From NCBI GenBank assembly GCA_043826355.1, contig JBDRQI010000012.1, positions 1 to 64,000 of the forward strand: a stretch of 64,000 nt of DNA, in the 5' to 3' direction. The notes beneath the pieces are model-generated. The model was not told where the DNA came from. It worked only from the letters and a program-made list of their open reading frames with translations, and did not search any database. Every line of letters begins with the position of its first letter. Within the stretch, counting starts at the first letter, position 1. The translations under genes and the position numbers were made by a program. Shown here in pieces: positions 28,440 through 38,644 of this stretch. The DNA comes from Candidatus Omnitrophota bacterium. GTDB lineage: Bacteria; Ratteibacteria; UBA8468; MWAK01.

Positions 28440-29600
28440 TTAGATTTCCAGTACCTTCTGTAGTGTATCCGAAAAGGCTTTCACCCCGGTTTTAGTGACA
28501 CAAATCCCGTTCTCCCAACGCAGGCCGAAACTGGGATTATAGAGGAAGGTGTCAACCTGGAAGGTCATGTTTTCCCGCAAGGGGTAATCGGAATGGGATT
28601 CCATCCAGGGCCGTTCCACTTCAATCATGCCCAGCCCGTGACAGGGTCCGTAGAGAACGTTTTTTGCCACCCCTGTCTTTTTAGCGTAGTCAAAGAACTT
28701 TTGGGTTACCGTTTTAGCGATAACCCCGGCTTTTATCCATTCCATCGTCTTTAACTGCAAATCAAGACCTGCCTGGACCAGCCGCCGCATCTCCGCGGGC
28801 ATCTTTCCGAAACAGAACGGTCTGCCCACGCTGCCGGAATATCCGGCTACCCGGCCGCCGACACAAAGTTGGATGAGGTTGCCTTTGCCTAATTTTTTAT
28901 AGCCGGGCCGGCCGATGGCGTGGTTGGAATTTTTGCCGGAAAGCACGTACTGCGGATGGGATTCATACTCCGCGCCGTGGGCGTAAAGTTCCTTTTCGAT
29001 AATACCCACTACCTGCAGTTCGGTCATTTCCGGTTTGACCTGTTTCAGGGTATTTTCCAGGGCGATTTCGGAGACGCGAAAAGATTCCTGCAGCATCGCC
29101 AGTTCCGCCGGGCTCTTGATGATTCGCAAATCCGAGACGATATTACTCTTTACTATTTTTGTTCCCGGCAGCGCTTTTTTCAAGCTTTCGTAAATGGGCA
29201 GGGGAAAAATCTGGTAGCCTTCCAGGCCGATTTTTTTAATCTTTTTCTTTCCAAACATCTCACGGAAGATGCTTTCAAAGGTGTCAACTTTGATGCCAGG
29301 GTAATCCGGTTCCGCGCTTTCCCGGTACTCCACCATCTTGTAAATCTTTTTAATCCGGCTGCGGGCAACGGCAAAGGTTTCGCTCTCCGGGCCGATGATG
29401 AGGGCCGGTTCGCCTTCCGCGGGAACCAGTACGCCGGCGGACTCAAAGATGGGCCAGTAGTCGGAGAGATAGCGCACGCCGGCAAAATCCGCTTCATGGG
29501 AATGCACCAAGGCTAAATCCAGACCTTGCTTTTTTACACCTTCCCGAACTTTTTGCCACCGCATCTTAAACTCTTTGTCCGGCAATCGCAAAATTTTCAT
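28440..29600 (-). CDS. M24 (Xaa-Pro peptidase/creatinase fold) protein with degenerate metal site
   Basis: Creatinase-like N-domain, LRIIKSPAE, GYSGSVGR, HGLGM, GLRWEN; both canonical Asp ligands absent. Confidence 0.85.
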   Translation of the reverse strand: MKILRLPDKEFKMRWQKVREGVKKQGLDLALVHSHEADFAGVRYLSDYWPIFESAGVLVPAEGEPALIIGPESETFAVARSRIKKIYKMVEYRESAEPDYPGIKVDTFESIFREMFGKKKIKKIGLEGYQIFPLPIYESLKKALPGTKIVKSNIVSDLRIIKSPAELAMLQESFRVSEIALENTLKQVKPEMTELQVVGIIEKELYAHGAEYESHPQYVLSGKNSNHAIGRPGYKKLGKGNLIQLCVGGRVAGYSGSVGRPFCFGKMPAEMRRLVQAGLDLQLKTMEWIKAGVIAKTVTQKFFDYAKKTGVAKNVLYGPCHGLGMIEVERPWMESHSDYPLRENMTFQVDTFLYNPSFGLRWENGICVTKTGVKAFSDTLQKVLEI

Positions 29601-29658
29601 AAAAACTCCTCTTGGTTTCCGAAACGTTACGCAATTTTAAGCGGAGGGGAACGTTTTA

Positions 29659-31656
29659 TTATTCAAAGACCACCATTTGATAGCCTTTTACCTCCGGTAC
29701 GGTGACCGTCACATAACCATCTTCCTGTTTAAATTCCAGTTTTTTCCGGGAAGGAGCCAGGTAAACCCCGGATACTTTTTGACCGTCAGTTCTTAGTGAT
29801 ATTCCAATGTTGTTTACCTTAATCGGTTCCTCGATAATCTGAATTTTCTTCCCCCTTAATTCCGGGAGGTAGGTGAGTAAGTGGACCATCCTGCTTTTAT
29901 CTTTTTGGGTAACCGTAACCTGTCCGAAGGAAGGAAAGTTAAGAACCCTTACCAGTGGTTTTATCAAAGTCTTTTCGAGACAGTTCCGGACTAAATTTTT
30001 ATAGGCCACGACCGCATGCTCAAAATAACCGGTAAAAACCGGAAAACTGAAATGGAAGATATTGTTGCAGCGGACCAGGGCCGGCCGGCCGGAATCTTTT
30101 TCCGGCGGAATGTATAAATTCTCGTGGTACCCGTCCCAGGACGAAAGGTTGAAATAGGGCTGGTACAGTTTCGCCAGAACGCGCGCCCCTTTTTTCGGCT
30201 TTATCGCGATGCCGGAATTGTAAATCGTGGTAAGCGTTTTTGGCAAATCCCGGTTGATTTCCGGAAGAGGCTCAAAAAAAGAGTAATGATAAGGTTCCAA
30301 ACCTTCGTAAGCAATCTGGTATTCTTTCAAAGCGAAATCTGTCTTTCCCGTATTCAGCCCGGAATAGGCGGAACTGATGATAACCCCCCCATTTTTTAAG
30401 TATTTTTGTAGTTTCTCTTTCAATTCATCATCAACCAGCACCCGGTCCGGCAGGACCACTGCCTTATAAGGTGACAGGTCACCATCACCGAGACTTATGT
30501 TAAACTGGTATTTTAGTTCCATCAACATCCGGGTGGCGCCGGCAAGGCAATTATACCCGCGGCAGAAGTCGTCCGCCCAACCGAAGTCTTCCGGGAACCG
30601 CCGAAGCGCCGGGTCCACAATCACAATGTCGGTCAAAGGTTTGGCGGTATAGGTCCACGGTTCCAGCGGTTTGATTTGACTGTAGACCTTACCGATTAAA
30701 TCATAAACCGCCGGTTCCAATCTTCCTTTAGGGTGCATGTGGTCGCCGACCATGCAGGTTCCGGCGTTTGCAATGGAATTGCAGCAATCAAAGAGCATGG
30801 AGTGTTCTGGCCTTAAACCGCCAAAATCACCCCAGCTTTCGTGAAACCGGCCGGTCATGGTAAGGTAAGGTTTTTTCAGGGTGCGGGCGTAACGGATGAC
30901 GAAGGGCAGAAAATCGTAGCCCCAGCCGCCGGTGGGCAAGAACTCTATTTCCAGATGGTCCTGGTCCTGGTAAGACAGACCGTTAAAGTAGAGATAAGCA
31001 TCCTTCCGGCTCTTCTTGACTAATTTCGTTGCTTCTTTCCGGAACCGGGCGGTCACAATCCGGCAGAACTCTTTGGCCTGGTGTTCGTCAAAATGGTCCA
31101 TACCCAACTTCTTCATTCCGTCCAGGCATTCTGCACCATAACAGGCATCATGGGTGAAACAGTCTAAAAAAATGCCGTCAACCGGATATTTTTCTACTAC
31201 TTCTTGAACCATTCCCAGAAGATGTTCGCCGTAGCCGGTATTGAGACACATCCGGCGGAAGAAGTTGTTCTGCTGTTTCTGCTTTATTGCTTGCATTTCA
31301 TAGACCTGGCCCTCTTTGTTTACTTTGCACCATTCCCGGTGTCTTACGGCATGTTCGTGGTCAAGGCCTGCGTTAAGGTAGGCCGCCACCCGAATATTCT
31401 CTTTGTGGCAGGCTTCCACCATCGGTCCCAGCAAGTCCGGCTTTTTCAACCCGGGGTGGGGAGTGCCGATTTTGGTCGGATAGTAGGCAAAACCCAGGTT
31501 GCATCGCGCGAAGACCGTAATGTAATCAACGCCGGCACGTTTAAGCGTCCCGGCAAACTCTTCCGCCTTAAAATCCCGGCCGACATCATAAATTCCCGGC
31601 ATAGTGTGAAAATCAAGGTGAATGGCGCGTTTGGGAAAATTTTTTATAGTTTTCAT
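29659..31656 (-). CDS. GHL6/GH151-like glycoside hydrolase (putative alpha-L-fucosidase) with trimerisation domain
   Basis: IHLDFHT, ITVFARC..G..YYPT, DLLG.MVEACH...I, CLNT.Y, DGIFLD, LPTGGWGY, RFH.SWGDFGG. Confidence 0.8.
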   Translation of the reverse strand: MKTIKNFPKRAIHLDFHTMPGIYDVGRDFKAEEFAGTLKRAGVDYITVFARCNLGFAYYPTKIGTPHPGLKKPDLLGPMVEACHKENIRVAAYLNAGLDHEHAVRHREWCKVNKEGQVYEMQAIKQKQQNNFFRRMCLNTGYGEHLLGMVQEVVEKYPVDGIFLDCFTHDACYGAECLDGMKKLGMDHFDEHQAKEFCRIVTARFRKEATKLVKKSRKDAYLYFNGLSYQDQDHLEIEFLPTGGWGYDFLPFVIRYARTLKKPYLTMTGRFHESWGDFGGLRPEHSMLFDCCNSIANAGTCMVGDHMHPKGRLEPAVYDLIGKVYSQIKPLEPWTYTAKPLTDIVIVDPALRRFPEDFGWADDFCRGYNCLAGATRMLMELKYQFNISLGDGDLSPYKAVVLPDRVLVDDELKEKLQKYLKNGGVIISSAYSGLNTGKTDFALKEYQIAYEGLEPYHYSFFEPLPEINRDLPKTLTTIYNSGIAIKPKKGARVLAKLYQPYFNLSSWDGYHENLYIPPEKDSGRPALVRCNNIFHFSFPVFTGYFEHAVVAYKNLVRNCLEKTLIKPLVRVLNFPSFGQVTVTQKDKSRMVHLLTYLPELRGKKIQIIEEPIKVNNIGISLRTDGQKVSGVYLAPSRKKLEFKQEDGYVTVTVPEVKGYQMVVFE

Positions 31657-31663
31657 GGGGCTT

Positions 31664-31672
31664 ATTATAACA
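31664..31672 (-). promoter_or_regulatory. Extended -10 box 7 nt before the GH151-like ATG (leaderless)
   Basis: TGtTATAAT-aagcccc-ATG; no SD. Confidence 0.55.
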
Positions 31673-31743
31673 TTATACTGATAAAACCTTCCAATTACTT
31701 CTTAATTTGTTCTGATAGTCACCCCATCCTGTTTCTTCATTTA

Positions 31744-33912
31744 CTATTTCTGTGGATTTTTCCTCAGGGTGGAACGATACGCCTTCAGCGTGTGCGTCAA
31801 CAGATTGTCCAGCTGGCGGAGTTTCCACTCCAGGTGCCATTTATCGGTCATGTACTCCATCGACGGCTCCCAGCCGAGTCTGGAGTCGGCATCCGCCAAC
31901 GGAACGGCCGATTCCACATTGATGCGTTCAGCGTGGGCGATCGCCTCGAGCTCATCCATGATTTCGCCGGCTGTCTCGAAATCCCATTCGATTTCCAGTC
32001 GTTTGTTTAAAAGCCACCAGCGTTTTACATGCAGCATGGTACGCAACCCGTGTCCGAAGAACCTTCCCACGCCGGCGATCTTCGCGGCTCGTTTCCGTTT
32101 TGCCGGCGGGGTCGCCGCCAAGGCTTTGACCATCAGGACACTGCCTTCATCCCAAAGGGCGAGAGCCTTTTCGAGGATGGGGATTTCCTCGCGTATCCGA
32201 CGGCCGCAAGCGGTATGTCCGTAGATGTGTTCCGGGTTGTACAGCGTATGCAGTATTTTCGCGCCGAAATGGGCGGCGGGATTGTCCGGGAACTTCATTT
32301 TCTGTTCTGCGTACGGATACAGGCAGGGATGAAAAACCAGCGGATACGCCGGGCCGATTCTCAAAGGCCCCGCCTGATCGTCGAATCCCGGGATGTACGA
32401 GGCGATGGCCTCGCTCCATTTCCGCCAGGCGGCGACCGCGGTTTCCGCCGCCGCGCCAAAATCACGGGCGGCGATCTTCAACAGCAACTGGTTGAGGTCG
32501 ACTTCCGGGTTCCAGAAACTCCATTTGGCGCATTCACAAACCGGCGACGGCCACCAGCCGTAATGATGCGAGTCCATCAGGCCGCTCAAACCCCATTTTT
32601 CCTTGGCCGCGCGCAGTTTGGCATACCTTTTAAACCATTGTTGCGGCGTCGGGATGTAGGGAACCACGCCCATGTCCCAGGTCATTCCGCCGGTGTTGGA
32701 CATGGTGTAGAGCCGCAGGCCGCGCCTGCTCGCGGCTTCGGCCTCGCTGGTGAAATAGCGTCCCGGTCCGACGGAGGTTATCGTGTAGTCCGGAACCAGG
32801 GCGGTATAATTTTCCAGTTCCACCGGCTCAAACATCTCAAAAGTTACCAGCAGCGAAACGTCCAACGGCAATGAATCTATCAACTCAAGGCGCGGTTTTT
32901 CCGGCGCCCATCCCCAATTATAAGTCCAGAAAACCACGTCCGCGTCGGGTTGATAACGCCTGACTGCCTTTTTTATGGCGTTCAGCCATTGCGGATAGTC
33001 CCGGCAGGGCCACCAGCCCGGGGCGGAGCGATGGTCGGCAATGCCCGCGTTCTCGGAGTTGTTGTCATCCGACGCCCGTCCGCTGGTCGCCGGGTCTTTG
33101 CTGGGGAACTGGCAGGACTCGCCCACCAGGATTATGCCCTTGGCTCCCGGGCAATGCTTGAACAGAGTTCCGTAGCCCGCCTCGAAAAACGCGTCGGAGT
33201 CGGGGTCATCAGGATGCTTGAAACTGTTCAGGTAGCTGTAGAAGTAGACGTCCAGCCCGAATCGGCCGGCCCGGCGGATCAGGTCGTTGAAATCCATTTG
33301 CCCACGCGTAGTCCGGTCTACCCCCTTGGCGAAGACCAGGATGGTATCGAAGCCGGCGTGGGCGATGGCGTTCAGATGTACGTCAGGAAACTCGTCAAGA
33401 CCCCAACCGGAATGAACCATGCGCGGGGAAAACAGCGGTTTCCGAAAAACGGGTCCGTCGGTTGTCTCCACAAACGGCGCCTCCCGAAGGTTCATCAAGT
33501 CCTCCAGGTAATAACATCCCTGGGCGGTTCCGCGAGGTGATTCTCCGATAATACGAATGTCGTCTTTGCGGCATTCAATTGCGTAAGCTCGAGGATTCTC
33601 GTTTAGGCCCTTGTCGTCAAGAAAAATGGTCTTCTTGTCGCCGGCGACATCCGTTTGAATCGCCAGCGATACGCCCATACTGGTAAAGAAATAATCCTGC
33701 AAGTCCTTAGCGGCGTCTATTATCGGTAGCGCCACCCCTTTGCGGACGGCGATCTGCCAGTCCGCGTCGACGACAATCTCATCCGTTTCGGGAGTCGCGT
33801 CGGGATTACGCCGGTCCGGCAGATGTGTTTGAGCTAAAAATTCTCGAAACTGATAATTATTTTCTGGCAATAGTCGGGTGTTTAAAAATTGATTTTTTGA
33901 AATAATTTCCAT
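31744..33912 (-). CDS. Uncharacterised glycoside-hydrolase-like protein (GH20/GH67 N-domain-like + TIM barrel)
   Basis: DLQDYF..SMGV.L, Y.I......I.IIG.SPRG..QG.YYLE, RMVHSGWGLD; no precise family recognised. Confidence 0.6.
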   Translation of the reverse strand: MEIISKNQFLNTRLLPENNYQFREFLAQTHLPDRRNPDATPETDEIVVDADWQIAVRKGVALPIIDAAKDLQDYFFTSMGVSLAIQTDVAGDKKTIFLDDKGLNENPRAYAIECRKDDIRIIGESPRGTAQGCYYLEDLMNLREAPFVETTDGPVFRKPLFSPRMVHSGWGLDEFPDVHLNAIAHAGFDTILVFAKGVDRTTRGQMDFNDLIRRAGRFGLDVYFYSYLNSFKHPDDPDSDAFFEAGYGTLFKHCPGAKGIILVGESCQFPSKDPATSGRASDDNNSENAGIADHRSAPGWWPCRDYPQWLNAIKKAVRRYQPDADVVFWTYNWGWAPEKPRLELIDSLPLDVSLLVTFEMFEPVELENYTALVPDYTITSVGPGRYFTSEAEAASRRGLRLYTMSNTGGMTWDMGVVPYIPTPQQWFKRYAKLRAAKEKWGLSGLMDSHHYGWWPSPVCECAKWSFWNPEVDLNQLLLKIAARDFGAAAETAVAAWRKWSEAIASYIPGFDDQAGPLRIGPAYPLVFHPCLYPYAEQKMKFPDNPAAHFGAKILHTLYNPEHIYGHTACGRRIREEIPILEKALALWDEGSVLMVKALAATPPAKRKRAAKIAGVGRFFGHGLRTMLHVKRWWLLNKRLEIEWDFETAGEIMDELEAIAHAERINVESAVPLADADSRLGWEPSMEYMTDKWHLEWKLRQLDNLLTHTLKAYRSTLRKNPQK

Positions 33913-34013
33913 TTTTTTGTTTTCCTTTTATTTAGAAATTTTTTGGAGATTTTTTGGAGACGGCAATGAGTATCTTAAATATTTCATAATCGAAACACTC
34001 ATTTTGTGATTTT

Positions 34014-34223
34014 TTACCGGACCCGTGCCGCCTGCAGGTTTTCGGTGCTGTCCTGAGGGTTATAGCCCCACCATTCGGTGCGCGCTTTCTGACATTCCCC
34101 TGATTGTACCCGGGCGAGTTCCTCGCTGAAATCAGCCGCCCGGACGCATGCACTCACCAGAAGCAGCAGCAATGACACTGTGCATGCGCGCAGAAATTTC
34201 ATCTTTCCCGCTATGGTTGGCAT
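34014..34223 (-). pseudogene. Truncated N-terminus of a secreted right-handed beta-helix (pectate-lyase-3-like) protein
   Basis: Signal peptide, then ARTEWWGYNPQDSTENLQAA and a stop three codons later; AAGGA SD-like sequence upstream. Confidence 0.6.
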
Positions 34224-34251
34224 ACGGAACCGCTTCCTTTCGTAAAAAAAT

Positions 34252-34288
34252 AAACTTATAGTGTTTTTCTCTTTAAAACTATAAGTTT
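34252..34288. promoter_or_regulatory. AT-rich 11-bp perfect inverted repeat (operator-like)
   Basis: aaacttatagt-N15-actataagttt. Confidence 0.45.
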
Positions 34289-34304
34289 CTCCTCAACCCG
34301 GGGT

Positions 34305-35318
34305 TTATCCGATTATTTTAGTGATCAGATTTTTTAATTCTCCCTGTTCTTTAAAGACCGCGAAGGAGGTCAGGGAGATAAGTTGAGAGCCGGTCAGCCT
34401 GCCTTTCCGGACATCGGCGCCGCCGATTGTTTCCAGTTCAAAGAAGTTCATGTCTGACCCGGAATTGAATATGCTGTATGTGTCGGCTGCCGAGAAAGGG
34501 CCTTCCGGCTGTTCGTTGTCCGCGATGTTAAAGTAAAGTTTTCCGGCTGGTTTAGCCAGGTTCTGCCGCACACACAAAATGTTTCGTTTCAGGTCGAAGA
34601 AACCGACCATTTGCGGATTAGCGTTCTGCTTGATGCCGACCTGTCCTTTTTTCAACCCGTCGGTCCGGTAGGTAAAACCGTTCCGGTGATAAGTAATCCT
34701 GTCTCCGGGATGCTCGTAAAAGTCAAAATTGATCGCTCTTTCCGGTTTTTTCACCGGGCAGAACGAAACCGTATCTTTGGTTGCGTCAAACTGTTCCAGC
34801 GTCCAGCCGGCGATGAGACCTTCTTCCAGGCTGACCGGGTTGAGCACTTCAAACGAATCGGTGGTTGTGTAAACAAGGGAACCTTTTAAGTTGCAGGTGC
34901 GGAGAAGGGAAGGCAGGGGTGAGGAGGCCAGTTCTCTTTTCATTCGGGTTTCCACGATTTTACCGGTCCGGTTCCGGAGGGATACTTCTTTTTCAATGAG
35001 GGCTGAAACGCGGTCAAACGATTTTACCTCAAACGGCTGATTGTTGATCGCTTCCTGAACGTACCACTGCTCTCCGCAATAATTGAACCCGAATTTCCCG
35101 CCTTCCGGCGCCGGCCAGAAGTTACCGCCGCCGAAGTTGTTGAAAGGCTGGTTTGGATTTGACGCGTTATTCAGGTCAATCCGGTGCATGGTTAAGCCGC
35201 AGACTTGGGCAAAAACCCTTCCACCCATATCTGGAGCCAGGCAAAAAGCGGAATTCTCTGCGCCGAATTGCAGCAAGGAACCTTTTTTTATTTTTTGCAG
35301 TTCACGGTATTTATCCAT
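34305..35318 (-). CDS. Hypothetical protein, DUF6786-like (galactose-mutarotase-like fold suspected)
   Basis: AP..GGRV, FNNFGG.NFWPAPEGG.F, WTLEQF, FFELET. Confidence 0.6.
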   Translation of the reverse strand: MDKYRELQKIKKGSLLQFGAENSAFCLAPDMGGRVFAQVCGLTMHRIDLNNASNPNQPFNNFGGGNFWPAPEGGKFGFNYCGEQWYVQEAINNQPFEVKSFDRVSALIEKEVSLRNRTGKIVETRMKRELASSPLPSLLRTCNLKGSLVYTTTDSFEVLNPVSLEEGLIAGWTLEQFDATKDTVSFCPVKKPERAINFDFYEHPGDRITYHRNGFTYRTDGLKKGQVGIKQNANPQMVGFFDLKRNILCVRQNLAKPAGKLYFNIADNEQPEGPFSAADTYSIFNSGSDMNFFELETIGGADVRKGRLTGSQLISLTSFAVFKEQGELKNLITKIIG

Positions 35319-35357
35319 GGGAGGGTTTAGTTGTTCACGGAAATCCCCGTAGAGTTA

Positions 35358-37468
35358 TCAAGAAGCCGTCTGTTCAATAATGATTGCGGCATAAGCGTTG
35401 ATTTTGGAAACGGTAATCTTAAGTCGTTTGCCGTTATCTTTCACCTTGACTTGAGCGTGGCGGGCGGATACGGTCTGTTTTAGGTATGGTTTTTTCAGGT
35501 CAAGCTCAACCTCGCAGACCGGGATGACCTCGGTTATTTGACGGCTGTTGGTTGGCAGCGTCCAGGGAACGGAACGATTAGACAGGTGAATAATGGTGCG
35601 GTTCCGTGCTTTTTGTTCCCAAACGGTAACTTCAACCGTGCGCGGGGCTTTAACTCCTAATTGTCGTTTTGGCAGGATAGTATCAAGCAATCCTTCCATC
35701 CGTTCTCCGATATGCTGGTCTCCGTATTTGGAATAGAACCGGCCAATGTCGAAAGAGACGTAAAGGGCTTTTCCCTTTCCGAATTCATTGACGGTAAAGA
35801 TTGGCCAGTCGGTAGAATTCATCGGTAACGGATCTTTTAATCCGGCCACCGAACCGGCCGGATCTGTTTCGATGAGACGCGCGATAATTTTTCCGGTGCC
35901 GGTAACCTTTTCCAAAATACCGCCGGCCGGTTCCGGTTCAATCTGCCCTTCTATTGCAAAAGGCCCTTCAAAGGTTTCCTTAAAGGAAACGCCTAATACG
36001 TCACCCAGGCGAAAATCCATCAGCCTGTTACCTTTTTCGTCCCTCAATGAAGTTTCAGCTGAGGCCAGAATTCTTCCGCCGCTGCGCGCATAGGAGCGAA
36101 TAGACTCACAGAAGGCATCACTGAGGTTGGCGGCATTCGGCAAAACGATGAGGTTGTATCTTGATAAAGCATCACGATTGTCCGCTTCTTCGGCAATCAG
36201 GATGTCAAAGGGCAGGTGCGCTTCAATTAACAGCCGCGCCCACCCCGATAATTCCTCAATCCACTGAACCGGGTGTTCGCCCGGCTCAAAGTACTTACGC
36301 GTTGCCCAGGAGAAAACGAGCGCAATCCGAGCCGTAGAGGTTGAGTCTTGGTCAAGGTCGGCATTTTCCATGTAGAAATCAAGGCCTTTCTTTACGTTTG
36401 CCAGCATTTTTTGGGCCGAGGTGGTGTCCGGATATGCTCCTACACCGCAGGGGCCAAAGACCTTGCAACCGTTGGTTTTACAGGAAGAGGCGTAAATTTG
36501 CCACTGCGCCTCGGAAATCGGCCAGTGGCCGTAATTTAATACGGTAGAGGTGCGCAAAATCCAGGAGGGTTTTCCGACTGCGCGCTGCCAGCGGACACCA
36601 ATGCTGGTGGAATTCAGGTCTGACTCGGGCACCAGGAATGCGTCAAAACACTCCGAAACATACACATCCAACGATTTTAGCCATTCTTTATCAAGGCCGG
36701 AGATTGCCGGCATATAAAGCGGAGAGAAAGCATTGTGAGCTGCTAAGACCCCATATTCCCTGAGGATAGCGGTAACTTTTTCCAGAAACGAGGCGCTAAC
36801 CTCACAACGCCAATCAATGAAATTTGCCCAGTGTTTGTTCACCGCTTCCCGGGTAATATCCCCGGTTCCGCATATTTTTTCTAATATCGGCCGGCAGTAA
36901 TTACATACACAGATATCGGGATTGAAAAACATATCAAGATGAAAAGCATCCGGCCGGTAACGAGCGGCGATTTCCCGGGTTATCGCCAGAATCTGCCACG
37001 GTGCGGAGAATTCAGACAAGGAGCTCTCCAGGCGCCTCCGGGCAGCGCCTGGATACGTCCGTTTGTCTTTTCGGGCTGCGCCCAGGAGGCGAGGGGCTGT
37101 TCCCGGTAATAAGGATCATCCCGGTGGCCGATTGGGATAAAATTCCATTCTGCGTGTTTGGAGTCGAGCCAATTAACATACAAGACTACCTTTTTCCCTT
37201 GTTTTCGCAAACGCAGAAGAATGTCTCCGACGTAATCTTGACCTTTTAAGTTAGGATGTTGGGGCCATATCCGGCTCGGATAATAAGCAATACCAAACTG
37301 GTTTGTAGCGTAAATGACGATAATATCCGTGCCGGTTAACGTCAGTTCTTCGGCAATACGGGCCGGGTCATATTTGGCAAAGGCCGTATCCTGTTCGTTT
37401 AGAGCATACTGGTCATACCAGTAAATGCGGTTTCTTTTGTTAACCCAGTTATTTGTTAAGGATTTCAT
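35358..37468 (-). pseudogene. Frameshifted GHL6-like glycoside hydrolase with trimerisation domain (ORFs 36980-37468 and 35358-37019)
   Basis: 5' half ...G.AYYPS..WP.HP.L...D..G...PCLNSPHR continues as QILAITREIAARY.PD.F.LD in another frame; one base missing at CGT-GG-CAG (36996-36997). Confidence 0.8.
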
Positions 37469-38615
37469 CCATTTTGCGGCTGAACGGAACCGGACCGTTT
37501 TCGGTTATCTCGTATCCGGTTTCAATCCGGGCGCCGTTGAATTCCGGGTGGCCGAAGAAGCTGACGTCGATACAAACGGCCATACCCGGCCTTAAAACAT
37601 CATCGCTGTTTGGGCCAAAAAAGGGAGATTCGGCTTCATGCAGCCCGATGGTGTGGGCAAAAGGACAGACCAGGTAATGCGAGAATTCGTGTTTTTTGAA
37701 GTAGGCACGAGCCGGAGCGTCCACCTCCCGGCCGGTTTTGCCGACCACCAACTGTTCCCTGGTCAACCGAAAGGCTTCTTTCAGATGTTTTATGCATTCT
37801 TTTTGTTGCTCGGTGTAAATCCCGGAGACCGGCAGGGTATCGCCGACCACTCCGGCATAGCCCTGCACCTTGGGTGCGAGGCCGACCATTACCATCTCAC
37901 CGGCCGCCAATTTTTTAGCGCTGGCGGTCGGTACCACCGCGTTGCTCCTTTTTCCGCTTCCGACGATAGCGGTAAATCCGAAACCGCTGGCCCCGCGGGA
38001 GCGGGCCGCGTATTCCCCGGCAGCGGCCACTTCAATTTCGGAAACGCCGGCTGTTATCTTTTTTTTCATCGCCTCATAACAGAAATCAGCCAGCTTGAAC
38101 GCTTCCCGTATTTGATTGATTTCCCAGGAGGATTTGATATACCGCAGTTCTACGAATTCCCGTGTTATATCAACCAGTTCCACGCCGGTAAAACCCTTGG
38201 CGATCTGCCGGTAACAATCAGCCGGCATCCGTCCGGCGCCGACCAAACCAACCCGCTTTAATTTCCCCAACCTGGAATTTAATTCTGCGAAAAGTTTAGG
38301 AAAATCGATAATTTCGGCGTTGGGGTACTCTTCGTCCGGCACCATAAAGACCGGGAAGTTCCTGGTTTCAGTAATCGCGCTGTCCAGTTTGGCGAACGGT
38401 TCGCTCTCCGGGCCGCCCAGGATTATCGGTTCGCCTTCTCTGGGGACCAGAACCGCCCCGCTTTCAAACTGGGGACACCAGCCGGTCAGATACCAGCCGT
38501 TACCGATATTGAACTCATCGTAATAGACCAGCGCCACATCCAATTTCTTTTCGGCCATGACCTTTTTCGTTTTGGCCAACCGTAAATCCCGCTCTTCTTT
38601 TGTCAAATATGCCAT
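37449..38615 (-). CDS. Second M24-fold protein with degenerate metal site
   Basis: LRYIKS.WE, GYAGVVGD, HTIGL, GARIET; shares P.FES..VLVP.EGEP....GPESE.FA with 28440-29600. Confidence 0.85.
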   Translation of the reverse strand: MAYLTKEERDLRLAKTKKVMAEKKLDVALVYYDEFNIGNGWYLTGWCPQFESGAVLVPREGEPIILGGPESEPFAKLDSAITETRNFPVFMVPDEEYPNAEIIDFPKLFAELNSRLGKLKRVGLVGAGRMPADCYRQIAKGFTGVELVDITREFVELRYIKSSWEINQIREAFKLADFCYEAMKKKITAGVSEIEVAAAGEYAARSRGASGFGFTAIVGSGKRSNAVVPTASAKKLAAGEMVMVGLAPKVQGYAGVVGDTLPVSGIYTEQQKECIKHLKEAFRLTREQLVVGKTGREVDAPARAYFKKHEFSHYLVCPFAHTIGLHEAESPFFGPNSDDVLRPGMAVCIDVSFFGHPEFNGARIETGYEITENGPVPFSRKMDEILNK

Positions 38616-38644
38616 TGTTTCTCCTTTTGAAATGGATTACCGTT

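Noticed and set aside
36990..37000. Programmed ribosomal frameshift in the split GHL6-like gene
   Set aside because: No slippery heptamer or homopolymer at the junction; mutation or assembly error is simpler.
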